Assembly (NCBI GenBank): GCA_965222115.1
Contig: CBDCTJ010000007.1
Span: 2,912,001-2,976,000 of the forward strand
Source of the DNA: Planctomycetota bacterium
GTDB taxonomy: Bacteria; Planctomycetota; PLA2; JAEUHO01
Direction: 5' to 3'
Length of the DNA: 64,000 nt
Below the pieces are notes generated by a model. That model was given only the letters and a program-made list of their open reading frames with translations, did no database searches and was not told the DNA's origin. Positions 38,827 to 50,820 of the stretch are shown piece by piece; within the stretch, counting starts at the first letter, position 1, and each line of letters begins with the position of its first letter. The position numbers and the translations under genes are program-made.

Positions 38827-39485
38827 TAGTTGTTCTCCTCGCGGCGCTTGGGTTCGGCCTTTTCAAGGGTGCCGAGATAAATCCACACCTTCACACCGAT
38901 GATGCCGTAGGTGGTACGGGCTTCCGCGGTGCCGTAGTCGATGTTGGCGCGCAACGTGGACAGCGGAATGCTGCCTTTGGACTGTTTCTCTTGACGGGCG
39001 ATATCGGCGCCGCCCAAACGACCACCAATGATGACCTTCATGCCCAATGCGCCGCGGTCCATGGTGTTGGACACCGCGCGCTTGAGCGTGCGTCGATAGG
39101 CGGCGCGCTTCACCAACTGCTCGGCGATGTTTTGCGCGACCAATGTGGCATTGAGCTCGGGGCGGTTGATCTCTTTGATGTCGAGACCCACACGGCGACC
39201 GGTGAGTTTTTCAATGCGCTTTTGAAGCTCCTCGGCCTTGACGCCTTTGCGACCGATGAGCACACCGGGCTTGGCGGTGTGCACGATCACGCGCAGGGCG
39301 TCGGCCTTGCGCTCAATCTCGACCTTGGGAATGCCCGCACCGTAGAAGTCTTTGCGAATGAACTGGCGAATCTTGCGGTCTTCGCTGAGCAGACGGGCGA
39401 AGTCGCGCTTGGGTGCATACCAACGCGATTTCCAGTCCATGTAGATGCCGGTACGAAAGCCGACGGGGTGTGTCTTCTGTCCCAC
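38826..39485 (-). CDS. rpsC: 30S ribosomal protein S3
   Basis: MGQKTHPVGFR, PLSTLRANIDYG. Confidence 0.98.
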   Translation of the reverse strand: MGQKTHPVGFRTGIYMDWKSRWYAPKRDFARLLSEDRKIRQFIRKDFYGAGIPKVEIERKADALRVIVHTAKPGVLIGRKGVKAEELQKRIEKLTGRRVGLDIKEINRPELNATLVAQNIAEQLVKRAAYRRTLKRAVSNTMDRGALGMKVIIGGRLGGADIARQEKQSKGSIPLSTLRANIDYGTAEARTTYGIIGVKVWIYLGTLEKAEPKRREENN

Positions 39486-39488
39486 GAA

Positions 39489-39866
39489 CTACTCCTCCGT
39501 ACCCGGTGCAAGCACCACGCTGATGTGGCTGGCTTCCTTGCGAATCGGAAAGGCGCGACCCATCGCGCGCGGCTGCCAACGCTGACGGCCGTTGAGCAGG
39601 CCCGCGCCGTCTACACGGGCATCGGCAACCACCAATGTCCGCAGATTGATATTGAGATCGGCCGATGCATTGGCGAGCGCCGACTGAATGACTTTTCGAA
39701 TCATGGGCGCGGCGCGGCGTGGCTCAAACTGAAGCACTTCAAGCGCCTCATCCACCGGTCGTCCACGCACGAGGTCGATGACCGGACGCGCCTTGGTGGC
39801 CGATATGCGCGCATAGCGATGCGACGCGCGATAGCCCTTGATGCCGCCCTTGGGAGTCTTACTCAT
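39489..39866 (-). CDS. rplV: 50S ribosomal protein L22
   Basis: RISATKARPVIDLVRG, PRAMGRA. Confidence 0.96.
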   Translation of the reverse strand: MSKTPKGGIKGYRASHRYARISATKARPVIDLVRGRPVDEALEVLQFEPRRAAPMIRKVIQSALANASADLNINLRTLVVADARVDGAGLLNGRQRWQPRAMGRAFPIRKEASHISVVLAPGTEE

Positions 39867-39901
39867 ACCGTCCTCGTTTCTCGGGTGAACCGGTAGCTGC
39901 G

Positions 39902-40168
39902 CTACTTCTTGCCGCCGGAATGACCGCGGAACAAGCGCGTGGGCGAGAATTCGCCGAGCTTGTGGCCGACCATGTCTTCCGTGACGTAAACGCGTAAGAA
40001 GACCTTGCCGTTGTGCACCATGAAGGTGTGGCCCACAAACTCAGGCACGATGTCGCACCGACGAGCCCACGTCTTGATGGGATCTTTGCGGCCCTGGTCT
40101 TCCATTTTCATGACCTTTTCGTAGAGCTTCTCGTCTACGAACGGGCCTTTCTTCAAACTGCGGCTCAT
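39902..40168 (-). CDS. rpsS: 30S ribosomal protein S19
   Basis: [25 protein letters not shown]. Confidence 0.98.
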   Translation of the reverse strand: MSRSLKKGPFVDEKLYEKVMKMEDQGRKDPIKTWARRCDIVPEFVGHTFMVHNGKVFLRVYVTEDMVGHKLGEFSPTRLFRGHSGGKK

Positions 40169-40215
40169 ATCAATCTACCTCTCGTGAACGCCCCTGGGAT
40201 TACGAGCGCACGGGC

Positions 40216-41064
40216 CTACTTACCAACCTGCTTGCCGCGCTTGCGACCACGAACAATGAAACGGTTGGATGCCTTGCCCTTCTTGCGCGTGTTGCCGCCC
40301 TTACTGAGCTGACCCCACTTCGAACGCGGATGCCGGCCACCGGCGCGACGCCCCTCACCACCGCCCATGGGGTGGGCGACGGGGTTCATGGCGCTACCTC
40401 GCACCTTGGGACGACGTCCCATGTGACGCCGGCGTCCGGCCTTGCCCCACTTCATGAGGCTGTAGTCAATGTTGCCCACTTGGCCTATGGTGGCGCGGCA
40501 GCGCATGTGAACGCGGCGCATTTCACCCGACGGCAACGTGAGCAAGGCGTACTTGCCTTCCTTGGCACTCAACACGCAGTGGGTCCCCGCGCTGCGTGCC
40601 ATCTGGGCACCGCGACCGGGAACAAGTTCAACCGCGTGCACCACAAGACCAACCGGAATGTTCTTTAGCTCCAGGTTGTTCCCCGGCTTGGGTTCGGCGG
40701 TCTCGCCAGCAAAGACCTTCTGGCCAATTTTGAGCCCGTGGGCCGCAAGAACGTACCGCTTCTCACCGTCGGCGTAGACCAGGAGGTGCAAGCGCGCATT
40801 GCGGTTGGGATCGTACTCAAGCGCCTTAATGGTGGCGGGAATGCCGTCCTTGTCGCTGCGCTTCCAGTCGATCTGACGATAGCGACGCTTGTGACCCCCA
40901 CCGCGACGACGCACGGTCATGCGCCCGAGGTTGTTCCGTCCGCCCGACTTGCGGAGTCCGCGCGTGAGACGCTTCTCCGGCGACTTGCGGGTGAGGTCAC
41001 TCGTGTCGATGTAGGACAGGCCTCGTTGACCATTGGTCATCGGCTTGACGCGACGGATGGGCAT
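40216..41064 (-). CDS. rplB: 50S ribosomal protein L2
   Basis: EYDPNRNA, RGSAMNPVAHPMGGGEG. Confidence 0.98.
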   Translation of the reverse strand: MPIRRVKPMTNGQRGLSYIDTSDLTRKSPEKRLTRGLRKSGGRNNLGRMTVRRRGGGHKRRYRQIDWKRSDKDGIPATIKALEYDPNRNARLHLLVYADGEKRYVLAAHGLKIGQKVFAGETAEPKPGNNLELKNIPVGLVVHAVELVPGRGAQMARSAGTHCVLSAKEGKYALLTLPSGEMRRVHMRCRATIGQVGNIDYSLMKWGKAGRRRHMGRRPKVRGSAMNPVAHPMGGGEGRRAGGRHPRSKWGQLSKGGNTRKKGKASNRFIVRGRKRGKQVGK

Positions 41065-41150
41065 GACTCTGATTTCCTAAACTAAAAAAACATTCTGCGG
41101 GCGATCACAACGACGCAGCTCTTGCAGACAGCTACCCTGCGAAGAGCTGC

Positions 41151-41438
41151 CTAGTAGAAGTCGATCGTGTCTCCCTCTTTGACCGACACTACGGCTCGTT
41201 TCCATGTGGGCGTGGTACCGAAGTAGCGACCCATCCGGCGGCCCTTGCCGAGGTAGGTCGAGGTGCGAACACCTGTGACCTTCACCTTGAAGAGCTCTTC
41301 AATGGCATCGCGGATCTGTACTTTGTTGGCGGCCAACAACACCTGAAAGGTGTACGCGCGATCGCGCTCGGCCATGCGCAGCGTCTTCTCCGTAACGAGC
41401 GGACGCAAGACGATGTTCTCTGCCGGTGTGCGACTCAT
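41151..41438 (-). CDS. rplW: 50S ribosomal protein L23
   Basis: PLVTEK, ANKVQIRDAIEELFKVKV, WKRAVV. Confidence 0.96.
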   Translation of the reverse strand: MSRTPAENIVLRPLVTEKTLRMAERDRAYTFQVLLAANKVQIRDAIEELFKVKVTGVRTSTYLGKGRRMGRYFGTTPTWKRAVVSVKEGDTIDFY

Positions 41439-42082
41439 GCCTCACCTCCGTCGTTCTTGGCGCCGACACGCTCAATGAGCACATCCAGGGCACCGTCTAG
41501 CAACACGAGATTGCGATGGGATACGACGTCGTAGGCCGTGATCTCACGTGCGGGCAAAAGCGATACGCGCGGCAAGTTGCGCACCGACAACAAAAGATTG
41601 CGATCCACGTCGCCGGCGGCAGCAATGAGTGCACCGCCTTCGGCCTCAAGCGCGCCAAGGGCCTTCTTGGCTTGCTTGGTGGACGGCTTGCTCATGGCGC
41701 CATCGCTTGCCCACTGGCAAATTTCGCCATCGCGGAGTTTGCCGGCCAATGCGATACGCAGCGCGCGCGTGAGTGCCTTACGAGGCAGCGAATAGCTGTA
41801 GTCGCGTGGGTGTGGGCCGTGCGCCACACCACCACCGCGAAACGACGGCGCTTTGCGGTCTCCGTGCCGTGCGCGGCCGGCGCCCTTTTGTGCCTGGAAT
41901 TTTTTGGTGGTGCCACTTACGAATCGACGGCTCAGCGTGTTGACCGTGCCGACGCGTTTGTTGGCTTCGTACATTTCGACGGCTTCGCGAAGCACGACGG
42001 GATTCATGCGAGTCCCGAACGTGTCGTCGGCCACGTCCACGGACGACACCGAGCCCCCGCTAAGATTTTTGATGGATGCCAT
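41435..42082 (-). CDS. rplD: 50S ribosomal protein L4
   Basis: QKGAGRARHG, FRGGGVAHGPHPRDY. Confidence 0.96.
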   Translation of the reverse strand: MASIKNLSGGSVSSVDVADDTFGTRMNPVVLREAVEMYEANKRVGTVNTLSRRFVSGTTKKFQAQKGAGRARHGDRKAPSFRGGGVAHGPHPRDYSYSLPRKALTRALRIALAGKLRDGEICQWASDGAMSKPSTKQAKKALGALEAEGGALIAAAGDVDRNLLLSVRNLPRVSLLPAREITAYDVVSHRNLVLLDGALDVLIERVGAKNDGGEA

Positions 42083-42147
42083 GACTGCTCCGTCACACAC
42101 GCGGAGCCGCCTGGCGACATCCGCTTGTGAAAAATGCGTGTCGCCTA

Positions 42148-42459
42148 CTAGACCTTGATTCGGATATCGACGCCGGCCGGGAGGTTCAATCGGGAGATGG
42201 AATCCACCGTCTTGGGGCCATAGTCCGAGATAAACATGATGCGCTTATGCGTTCGAATCTCGAACTGTTCGCGTGACTTCTTGTCGATGTGCGGGGAACG
42301 CAACACCGTGTAACGCTCAATGCGCGTGGGTAGCGGGACCGGACCCTGAACACGGGCGCCAGTGCGCTTGGCGGTATCCACAAGTTCCGCGGAACTCTTG
42401 TCGAGTGCTTCGTGATCGTAACTCTCAAGACGAATCTTAATGGTGCCGGCTGTGCTCAT
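42148..42459 (-). CDS. rpsJ: 30S ribosomal protein S10
   Basis: [27 protein letters not shown]. Confidence 0.98.
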   Translation of the reverse strand: MSTAGTIKIRLESYDHEALDKSSAELVDTAKRTGARVQGPVPLPTRIERYTVLRSPHIDKKSREQFEIRTHKRIMFISDYGPKTVDSISRLNLPAGVDIRIKV

Positions 42460-42746
42460 GAGCGTCCGTTCTTCCAATTCACTTTCGTGCGTCGCGAGGA
42501 CTCACGAAACCGTGAGACCGCCTACGGACGCACCGCCATCGTGATTCATCGCTGAAACCGAACAGAGACGATGCGTTTTCATCGCTTCCCGTGCCGGACG
42601 CGCCTACCCGATCGAGGGGACAGGGCGTGCCGCGACTGCTTCCGAAGGTCTGTTTCGCGTGAGGAAACACGCAACGGAAAGGGAACGCGAAGGCGGCGAT
42701 GTTAGGCGCATTTGGAGAGGGACAAGAAGGAAAGTGGAGTCAAGAA

Positions 42747-42773
42747 CCGGGGATTTTAGCGCTAAATCCCCGG
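42747..42773 (-). terminator. Probable intrinsic terminator after fusA
   Basis: Inverted repeat ccggggattt..aaatccccgg followed on the minus strand by a pyrimidine-rich tract. Confidence 0.55.
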
Positions 42774-42816
42774 CTTCGGAGTGCCTAACGCGAGAGAGGT
42801 GAGATCGGGGAGGCGG

Positions 42817-44907
42817 CTAGAATTCTTCCAGCATGAGACGCTTGCGGTCGGCCTCGGAGACGGGTGCAAATCCGCTGGGCGTCATCGTGTAGCTGGCGCG
42901 ACCCTGGCTGAGGGATCGTACAGTGGTGCTGTAGCCGAACATGGCAGAGAGGGCGACCGTTCCACGCAAGACACGGCGCGCACCGCGCATCTCCTCGCCG
43001 GCAAGCACCGCGCGACGACGAACGAGGTCGGAGCTGATGGGGCCCACGAACTCATCCGGCGTCGTAACCTCAAACGCCATAATGGGTTCCAATATTACGA
43101 CGCCCGCAGCATGACACGCCGCTTGGAAGGCCTCACCCGCGGCGACCTGAAAGGCCGTCTCGGTGCTGTCGGTCTCGTGAGCCTTCCCACCGGTGGCGTC
43201 GGCCACGACATCTAGCACCGGATAGCCCAGATCCAATCCGCCCTCGGCACCAAATTGAATGCCTTCACGCACCGCATCCCGAAACGCGGTCGGAATCGAG
43301 GCTTCGTCGGCGCTCACGTCTATGGCAATGCCGCTCCCGGATGCACCTGCGCGAACGGCGACGGTTACGGTGGCCACCTGTTCGCTGCCGGCGACCAGCC
43401 GCTCAAATGTGTGTGCGGCACTGCCAGAACCCGCAACCGTCTGGCGGTAGGACACGCGCGGCTTACCCACATTGGCGTCTACCCGGAAGTCACGAACCAT
43501 GCGGTTCTTTAGCACTTCCAAGTGCAGCTCCCCCATGCCGGCAATGATCAATTGACCGGTCTCGGCGTCTTGCTGAACCCGAAACGTTGGATCCTCGCGC
43601 GATAGACGCGCTAGTACCTCATCGAGCCGAGCGCGGTCCTTGGCCGACTTGGGCTCAATGGCCATGGAGATCACGGGCTCGGGAAACTCAATGTGTTCAA
43701 GGAGGATCGGCGCCGTCTTCTCACAGAGCGTGTCGCCCGTGGCCGTGAGTTTGAGGCCCACCAAGGCAACAATTTCGCCAGGGCCGGCGCGCTCCACCTG
43801 CTCGCGCTCGTTGGCGTGCATTTTGAGTAGGCGCATGGCGCGCTCATGGCGACCAAGTCGTGGATTGAATACGCCTTTGCCCTGCACAATCTCGCCGCTG
43901 TAAATGCGCGCGAACACCAAGTCGCCGTGAGAATCGGTAATGATCTTAAACGCTAACGCGCAAAGCGGTTCATCACGGCTTGGCGTAACGGAACGCTCAC
44001 GGCTCGTCTGGTTGGGATCGACGCCCTGAATGGCCCCCACATCGATGGGGCTCGGCAAGTAACGCACGACGGCGTCGAGCAATGGTTGCACACCGGCATT
44101 TCGAAGCGCGGCGCCCGCAAGAATTGGAAAAAACGACGCTGTGAGCACGGCCTTGCGCAACACGCGATGAATCTGTTCGGCGTCGAGCTCGCCGCCATCC
44201 AAGACAACTTCCATCAGTTCGTCGTCGTGGTCGGCCAAGGCCTCCAACAGTTCGCCGCGGCGCAGTTCCATCTCGTCGGCGAGATCCTCGGGAATCGCCT
44301 CCGTTACGACATCGCTTCCTTGTTCGCCCTCAAAGCGAAGAAACGTCATCGCAATGAGATCCACAACGCCCTTGAATGTGTCGCCAAAGCCAACGGGCAC
44401 CGTGAGCGGCGCGATTGTGGCACCGAGACGCTCCTTGATGGATGCACAAGAGGCATCGAAGTCGGCGCCGGCGCGGTCCATTTTGTTGATGAAGCAAAGT
44501 CGCGGCACGTTGTAGCGATCGGCTTGAAGCCAAACGGTTTCTGATTGCGCCTCCACACCGTGTACCCCATCGAAAACGACGACTGCGCCATCGAGTACGC
44601 GCAGGCTGCGCTCAACTTCAGCCGTGAAGTCTACGTGTCCCGGCGTGTCAATCAGATTGAGGGTGTGATCTCCCCACGCAATGGTCGTAGCCGCCGCGGT
44701 AATGGTGATGCCGCGCTCCTGCTCCTCTTCCATGTAGTCCATCTTGGCACTGCCGTCGTGGACCTCACCGATCGCGTGTTCCTTGCCGGTGTAATAGAGA
44801 ATGCGCTCGCTGACGGTCGTCTTGCCCGCGTCGATATGGGCACAGATGCCAAAGTTGCGCAGCCGTGCGAGCGCCTCTTGCTCTTTGGACGTCTTGCTAG
44901 AGGCCAT
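42817..44907 (-). CDS. fusA: Elongation factor G (divergent domain IV)
   Basis: [37 protein letters not shown]. Confidence 0.95.
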   Translation of the reverse strand: MASSKTSKEQEALARLRNFGICAHIDAGKTTVSERILYYTGKEHAIGEVHDGSAKMDYMEEEQERGITITAAATTIAWGDHTLNLIDTPGHVDFTAEVERSLRVLDGAVVVFDGVHGVEAQSETVWLQADRYNVPRLCFINKMDRAGADFDASCASIKERLGATIAPLTVPVGFGDTFKGVVDLIAMTFLRFEGEQGSDVVTEAIPEDLADEMELRRGELLEALADHDDELMEVVLDGGELDAEQIHRVLRKAVLTASFFPILAGAALRNAGVQPLLDAVVRYLPSPIDVGAIQGVDPNQTSRERSVTPSRDEPLCALAFKIITDSHGDLVFARIYSGEIVQGKGVFNPRLGRHERAMRLLKMHANEREQVERAGPGEIVALVGLKLTATGDTLCEKTAPILLEHIEFPEPVISMAIEPKSAKDRARLDEVLARLSREDPTFRVQQDAETGQLIIAGMGELHLEVLKNRMVRDFRVDANVGKPRVSYRQTVAGSGSAAHTFERLVAGSEQVATVTVAVRAGASGSGIAIDVSADEASIPTAFRDAVREGIQFGAEGGLDLGYPVLDVVADATGGKAHETDSTETAFQVAAGEAFQAACHAAGVVILEPIMAFEVTTPDEFVGPISSDLVRRRAVLAGEEMRGARRVLRGTVALSAMFGYSTTVRSLSQGRASYTMTPSGFAPVSEADRKRLMLEEF

Positions 44908-45018
44908 GGCTACAACGCCCTCCGCAGGACGCACACCGAACATGCGGCAGCGGTGACGTAATAATGGCGATTGGCTCGATTGCGACTCGGGCCGAGGAGG
45001 TGAGCTACGGGCTTGCCC

Positions 45019-45324
45019 TTACCAACTCGCTTTCTTGAGACCCGGGATCTCACCGTTGCGGGCCATTTCACGAAGCATGATGCGGCTAATGCCAAACTTG
45101 CGATAGTTGCCGCGAGAACGACCGGTGAACTGACAGCGATTGCGAATGCGGTTGGGGTTGCTGTCGCGGGGGAGTGCGCGAAGCTTGCCCCACGCGATGT
45201 CTTTTTCTTCTTCGGACGCCGAAGATGAGCGAATCACGGCATACAGCTCTTTGCGTAGCGGCGCGTACTTCTTCACAAGCCGCTTGCGGCGCTCGTTCTT
45301 TTCAATACTGCTCTTCTTGGCCAT
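45019..45324 (-). CDS. rpsN: 30S ribosomal protein S14, long zinc-independent (C-minus) form, 101 aa
   Basis: [61 protein letters not shown]. Confidence 0.96.
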   Translation of the reverse strand: MAKKSSIEKNERRKRLVKKYAPLRKELYAVIRSSSASEEEKDIAWGKLRALPRDSNPNRIRNRCQFTGRSRGNYRKFGISRIMLREMARNGEIPGLKKASW

Positions 45325-45397
45325 GTTGTCGTTCTTCCTAGATACCCTAGCTACTGATACCAGTCGTACGTTTCCTGTTCGCGTTAGAAGGCTCGCA

Positions 45398-45874
45398 TTA
45401 GAAGGCAAAATGCGCGAAGGCTTTGTTTGCCTCGGCCTGCTTATGCGCATTTTCGCGACGCAGTACTGCGCCGCCTTCTTTGTTGTAGGCCGCGACCAAC
45501 TCATCGGCCAGGGCCACACGCATGGGACGACCCTTGCGACCGCGCGCGGCCTCCAACAACCAGCGAAACGCGAGGGCGCGTTGACGCTTGTTGTTGACTT
45601 CCACGGGCACCTGGTAGTTGGCACCACCCACACGCTTGCTGCGGACTTCCACCATGGGTTTGATATTGTCAATGGCCTGCTTGAACACGTCGAGCGGCTC
45701 GCGATCCTTAATTCGCTGAGAGATGATCTCCAAGGAATCATAAAAGATGCGTTCCGCCGTCGAGCGCTTGCCGTCGAGCATGAGGCACGAGATGAACTTG
45801 GCGATGTGAATGTCGCCGTAAACCGGATCGGGCTTGAGAAGGTGCTCAAAGCTACGGTAGTACTTGCCTGCCAC
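45398..45874 (-). CDS. rpsG: 30S ribosomal protein S7
   Basis: [26 protein letters not shown]. Confidence 0.98.
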   Translation of the reverse strand: MAGKYYRSFEHLLKPDPVYGDIHIAKFISCLMLDGKRSTAERIFYDSLEIISQRIKDREPLDVFKQAIDNIKPMVEVRSKRVGGANYQVPVEVNNKRQRALAFRWLLEAARGRKGRPMRVALADELVAAYNKEGGAVLRRENAHKQAEANKAFAHFAF

Positions 45875-45882
45875 GGGGACCC

Positions 45883-46254
45883 CTACTTGTTCTTCTTCTG
45901 ACCGTACTTGGAACGCTGCTGCTTGCGACCGTCCACACCCGAAGCATCGAGCGTGCCGCGAATGATGTGGTAGCGCACACCGGGAAGGTCGCGCACTCGA
46001 CCGCCACGGATCAGAACAATGCTGTGCTCCTGGAGGTTGTGACCTTCACCGCCGATGTAGGCCGTGACTTCACGACCGTTTGACAGGCGCACACGCGCGA
46101 TCTTACGAAGTGCCGAGTTGGGCTTCTTCGGCGTCTGGGTCTTTACCGACAGACACACGCCGCGCTTTTGAGGGCACGACTGAAGCACGGGGCTCTTGCT
46201 CTTCTTCTTGATCTGCTTGCGGCCCTTGCGGACCAACTGATTGATGGTGGGCAT
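45883..46254 (-). CDS. rpsL: 30S ribosomal protein S12
   Basis: [30 protein letters not shown]. Confidence 0.98.
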   Translation of the reverse strand: MPTINQLVRKGRKQIKKKSKSPVLQSCPQKRGVCLSVKTQTPKKPNSALRKIARVRLSNGREVTAYIGGEGHNLQEHSIVLIRGGRVRDLPGVRYHIIRGTLDASGVDGRKQQRSKYGQKKNK

Positions 46255-46456
46255 AAGCAATCCGGAAAACGGGAACTGTCTCGGCAAATCACCATGCGTC
46301 GATGCCGTCCGCCGTCCACAGGGACAGAACGCGGACAGAACGCTGCCTGAATTCACCGAACAAGCGGGGAAGCGTACCGTATGCGCCCCTGAGCGGAGGC
46401 CAATTTCGGGACGAAATCCTCCGTCACAATGGGCAAATCCGATTCTGCCGGGGCAA

Positions 46457-49400
46457 TTACTGGGCCTGTGCAGCCCCGTCCCCCGCTTCGTCGCTCTCCT
46501 CCGATGGCGGCATGGGTGGCGATGACGCATTGTTGGTGGCGTCGCCCGGGGCGTCGTCCAGCGCGTCCACCGATCCCAAGAGGTCCTTGAGCTCCTGGAG
46601 TGCTTCCAAGTCCTCAGGCACATCGACATAACCGGCAACCGACTCCTCGAGGGGGATGTTCTTCGAAACACGCGTATTCACGTACTCACGGAAACCCGTT
46701 CCGGCGGGAATCAAGTGACCGAGAATCACATTCTCCTTGAGCCCCACAAGGTGGTCCACGCGACCGGATAGCGCGGCCTGCGTCAACACCTTGGTGGTCT
46801 CCTGGAACGACGCCGCCGAGATGAACGACTCACTCTGGAGTGACGCCTTGGTGATCCCGAGGAGCAACGGCTCGGCGCGCGCGGGCTTACCACCCGCCTC
46901 AATGACGCGCTTGTTCTTGCGACGGAAGCGGAACTTGTCCACCACCGCGCCCGGCAAAAGATCGGTGTCACCCGGATCCTCAATGCGAACCTTACGGAGC
47001 ATCTGCGAGACAATGATCTCGTGGTGCTTGTCGTCAATCGTTACATTCTGCGCACGATATACGCTCTGCACTTCCTCAAGCAGATACTCGTGCAATGCTT
47101 CGAGACCCGAAATGCGCAAGATGTCGTGGGGAACAAGAGGACCATCGACGAGCGGGGAGCCGGCCTTCACACGGTCGCCCGAGTGCACGCGCAAGTGTTT
47201 GCCATGGGGCACCAAGTGCTCAATCGTCTGACCACCGTCGGACTTCACGAGAATCGTGCGCTTGCCGCGACGCTTGTCACCGAGTTCGACCAGACCGTCG
47301 ATCTCGGCAAGTGTGGCGGGCTCCTTCGGACGACGCGCTTCGTAGACTTCCGTAACGCGCGGAAGACCACCCACGATGTCCTGCGTACCGCCAATTTCGC
47401 GTGGCGTCTTGGCAAGCTGCGCGCCGGCCTCCACGCGATCGCCTTCGTTCACGTGCAGGTGGGCACGCTCGGGCACCGGATAGAGCGCGATGGGCGTGCC
47501 ATCGTCGTCTTCGATAATGATCTGCGGGTGCAAATCGCCCTTGTGTTCCATGATCACGCGATGGCTCACGCCAGAGGCAGCATCGATTTCTTCGCGCATG
47601 GTCTTGCCATCCACGATGTCATCGAAGCGAACCACGCCTTCACGCTCGGCGAGAATCTGAACGTTGAATGGGTCCCACGAGAAGAGAACGTCCTTCTCCT
47701 TCACCTGGCCACCATCTTCGACGCGCACCACGCCACCGAGAGGTACTACGAAGCGATCAAGCTCGCGCTCGCGCTTGTCGAGCAAAAGCAGCTCACCGTT
47801 GCGGCTAATGGCGACGGTTTCACCGCCACTGGGCGAGGCCACGTTCAAATTGTGATAACGAATCGTTCCGGATTGTGACGCCTTGATGTCGGACTCTTCC
47901 ACGCCCTTGGTGGCCGTACCACCAATGTGGAATGTGCGCATGGTGAGCTGCGTACCCGGCTCACCAATGGACTGTGCGGCAATGATGCCCACCGCAAGCC
48001 CCTTCTCAACGATGGCGCCGCGCGACAGATCCATGCCATAGCACTTCTGGCAAACACCCGTGGGCGATTCGCATGTGAGAGGCGAACGCACGCGCACCTT
48101 CTCGTAACCCATGCTCTCGATACGTCGCGCCGTCTCTTCGGTGATGACATCACCTTCACGCACAACCACTTCGTCGGTGACGACGTCGATGATGGTGTCT
48201 CGCGCCGTGCGACCACGAATGGCTTGTGCCAGCGACACTTCGAGCTTCTCGCCCTTGTAGATCTGCCCCTTGCTAACGCCATTGAGCGTTTCACAATCTT
48301 CGCGAGACACGACAACATTCTGCGCCACGTCACTGAGCTTGCGCGTGAGATACCCGGAGTCGGCCGTCTTGAGCGCCGTGTCGGCAAGACCCTTACGCGC
48401 GCCGTGTGTGGATGAGAAGTACTCAAGCACGTGCAGGCCCTCGCGGAAGTTGGAGCGAATGGGCGTCTCAATGATCTTGCCCGACGGCTTGGCCATGAGA
48501 CCGCGCATACCGGCAAGCTGACGAATCTGTTCCACCGAACCACGCGCACCGGACTCGGCCATCGCGAAAATGGGATTCAAGTACGGAATGCCGTCGCGGA
48601 CGTCGTTCTTGAGCGAGTCCATCATGACGCGCCCAACCTCTTCACGGGCACGGGTCCACGTGTCGATGATCTTCGAATAGCGCTCGCCGCGCGTGATCTC
48701 ACCGCGCTTCAAGTGGGCTTCGATCTCGGCAACCTCCTTCTCTGCGTCGCGAAGAATGGCTTCCTTTTCTTCCGGAACGCGCATGTCGTCTTTGGCGAAG
48801 GAAAGGCCCGCACGCGTGGCCGACTTGAAACCAATCGACTTAATGTCGTCGAGCAGCTTGAGCGTGGAGCCCTTGCCGAGCAGCTTGTGGCAATCGCCAA
48901 TCAATCCACCGACGCGCTTCTTGGTGAGGTTGTAGTTGTAAAACGGCATACCAAACGGAAGGATGTCGTTGAACAGCACCCGACCAACGGTGGTTTCAAC
49001 CATTGACATGGGTTCCCACTGGCCGGGGCCGGTGGCCACAATCGCACCTTCATCCAAACGAAGCTTTACGCGGTCGTGAATGCCAAACTTGCCTTCGCTG
49101 TAGCCGAGGAAGACCTCGTTGCTATGCGTGCATACCGGCACTTTCTGCTGCTGCGTGGGGAAGCCCACCGTGAGGTAGTAGATCCCAAGCACCATGTCCT
49201 GCGACGGGGCGATCAGCGGACGGCCATCGGCCGGCGAAAAAATGTTGTTGGTGGAGAGCACCAACGTGGTGGCCTCGACCTGCGCTTCGTAGGAGAGCGG
49301 AAGGTGAACAGCCATCTGGTCACCGTCGAAGTCGGCGTTGAAACCGGTGCAGACAAGCGGATGCAAACGAATCGCATTGCCTTCGATCAGCGTAGGCTCA

Positions 49401-50695
49401 AAGGCCTGAATGCCCATGCGGTGGAGCGTGGGCGCGCGGTTGAGCAACACAGGGTGCTCGCGTGTGACCTCGTCGAGGATGTCCCAGACTTCCTCTTCTT
49501 TACGTTCAAGCATCTTCTTCGCGGCCTTGATGGTCTCGGCATAACCGAGGTCCTTCAGCCGGCGAATGATGAACGGCTGGTAGAGCTCAAGTGCAATCTT
49601 CTTGGGCAAACCGCACTGGTGGAGCTTGAGTTCCGGGCCAACCACAATCACCGAACGCGCGCTGTAGTCCACGCGCTTGCCGAGCAGGTTCTCGCGGAAG
49701 CGCCCCTGCTTTCCCTTGATCATGTCGGTCAGTGACTTGAGCGGGCGGTTGCTTGAACCCAACACACTGCGTCGGCACCGCGCGTTGTCGAAGAGCGCGT
49801 CCACCGATTGCTGCAACATACGCTTTTCATTGCGAATGATGACTTCGGGTGCATTGAGGTCGAGCAGCTTCTTTAAGCGATTGTTGCGGTTGATCAAGCG
49901 GCGATAGAGGTCGTTCAAGTCGGAGGTGGCGAAGTTGCCCGAATCGAGCAATACCAAAGGACGTAGGTCAGGAGGAATGACGGGAATTACGTCGAGCACC
50001 AAGGTCTCGGTGCGGTTACCGGAGTCACGCAACGCCTCTACGGTGCGCAAGCGCTTGAGGTAGTCCTTCGTCTTCTGCTTGCTGCGCGTGGCCTCGAGGT
50101 CGGCGCGCAACTCCTGCGACAGCTTGTCCAAGTCAATGCGGCGGAGCATTTCCTTGATGGCTTCGGCGCCCATGCCCGCGCGGAAGGAGTCGCCATACTT
50201 CTGGCGAAGCTCGCGGTACTGATCCTCGGTGAGGAGTTCGGCTTCCTTCAGCGGCGTGTCGCCCGCGTCAATCACGACGTAGTCCTGAAAATAGACCACG
50301 CGCTCAAGACTGGACGTCTTCATATTGAGCAACGTGCCCAAGCGAGACGGCATGGCCTTGAAGAACCAAATGTGAACCACCGGCGCAGCCAGTGAAATAT
50401 GGCCCATGCGCTTACGACGAACGCGGCTATGGGTTACTTTCACCCCGCAGCGATCGCAAATGATGCCCTTGTGCTTGATGCCCTTGTACTTGCCGCAGAA
50501 GCATTCCCAGTCGCGCTCCGGTCCAAAGATCTTTTCGCAGAACAGACCATCCTTCTCCGACCGGTAGGTGCGGTAGTTGATGGTTTCGGGTTTCTTGACT
50601 TCGCCATAGGACCACGAACGAATCAGCTCGGGCGTTGCCAAGTTGATGCGGATGGCCGTGTAGTCATTGACGCGGTTGAACATGCTCTCGATCAT
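46457..50695 (-). CDS. rpoC: RNA polymerase beta' subunit
   Basis: [12 protein letters not shown] catalytic motif, [10 protein letters not shown]-terminal zinc finger. Confidence 0.99.
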   Translation of the reverse strand: MIESMFNRVNDYTAIRINLATPELIRSWSYGEVKKPETINYRTYRSEKDGLFCEKIFGPERDWECFCGKYKGIKHKGIICDRCGVKVTHSRVRRKRMGHISLAAPVVHIWFFKAMPSRLGTLLNMKTSSLERVVYFQDYVVIDAGDTPLKEAELLTEDQYRELRQKYGDSFRAGMGAEAIKEMLRRIDLDKLSQELRADLEATRSKQKTKDYLKRLRTVEALRDSGNRTETLVLDVIPVIPPDLRPLVLLDSGNFATSDLNDLYRRLINRNNRLKKLLDLNAPEVIIRNEKRMLQQSVDALFDNARCRRSVLGSSNRPLKSLTDMIKGKQGRFRENLLGKRVDYSARSVIVVGPELKLHQCGLPKKIALELYQPFIIRRLKDLGYAETIKAAKKMLERKEEEVWDILDEVTREHPVLLNRAPTLHRMGIQAFEPTLIEGNAIRLHPLVCTGFNADFDGDQMAVHLPLSYEAQVEATTLVLSTNNIFSPADGRPLIAPSQDMVLGIYYLTVGFPTQQQKVPVCTHSNEVFLGYSEGKFGIHDRVKLRLDEGAIVATGPGQWEPMSMVETTVGRVLFNDILPFGMPFYNYNLTKKRVGGLIGDCHKLLGKGSTLKLLDDIKSIGFKSATRAGLSFAKDDMRVPEEKEAILRDAEKEVAEIEAHLKRGEITRGERYSKIIDTWTRAREEVGRVMMDSLKNDVRDGIPYLNPIFAMAESGARGSVEQIRQLAGMRGLMAKPSGKIIETPIRSNFREGLHVLEYFSSTHGARKGLADTALKTADSGYLTRKLSDVAQNVVVSREDCETLNGVSKGQIYKGEKLEVSLAQAIRGRTARDTIIDVVTDEVVVREGDVITEETARRIESMGYEKVRVRSPLTCESPTGVCQKCYGMDLSRGAIVEKGLAVGIIAAQSIGEPGTQLTMRTFHIGGTATKGVEESDIKASQSGTIRYHNLNVASPSGGETVAISRNGELLLLDKRERELDRFVVPLGGVVRVEDGGQVKEKDVLFSWDPFNVQILAEREGVVRFDDIVDGKTMREEIDAASGVSHRVIMEHKGDLHPQIIIEDDDGTPIALYPVPERAHLHVNEGDRVEAGAQLAKTPREIGGTQDIVGGLPRVTEVYEARRPKEPATLAEIDGLVELGDKRRGKRTILVKSDGGQTIEHLVPHGKHLRVHSGDRVKAGSPLVDGPLVPHDILRISGLEALHEYLLEEVQSVYRAQNVTIDDKHHEIIVSQMLRKVRIEDPGDTDLLPGAVVDKFRFRRKNKRVIEAGGKPARAEPLLLGITKASLQSESFISAASFQETTKVLTQAALSGRVDHLVGLKENVILGHLIPAGTGFREYVNTRVSKNIPLEESVAGYVDVPEDLEALQELKDLLGSVDALDDAPGDATNNASSPPMPPSEESDEAGDGAAQAQ

Positions 50696-50820
50696 TGTTC
50701 AGTTCCTCTCGTCTTTTCTATCTTCGATGGTGTTGTGATGGGCCGGCGTGCCGAGGCGATTTGTTGGCGTTGCGGGTGGACATGCCGAAGCACCCGCACG
50801 GGCCGTACGAGACGACCGTA

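Noticed and set aside
45325-45849. 276-aa ORF suggesting an N-terminally extended S14 or an rpsG-rpsN frameshift fusion
   Set aside because: The upstream part is an off-frame overlap of an intact rpsG; S14 has its own ATG at 45324 and I saw no slippery site
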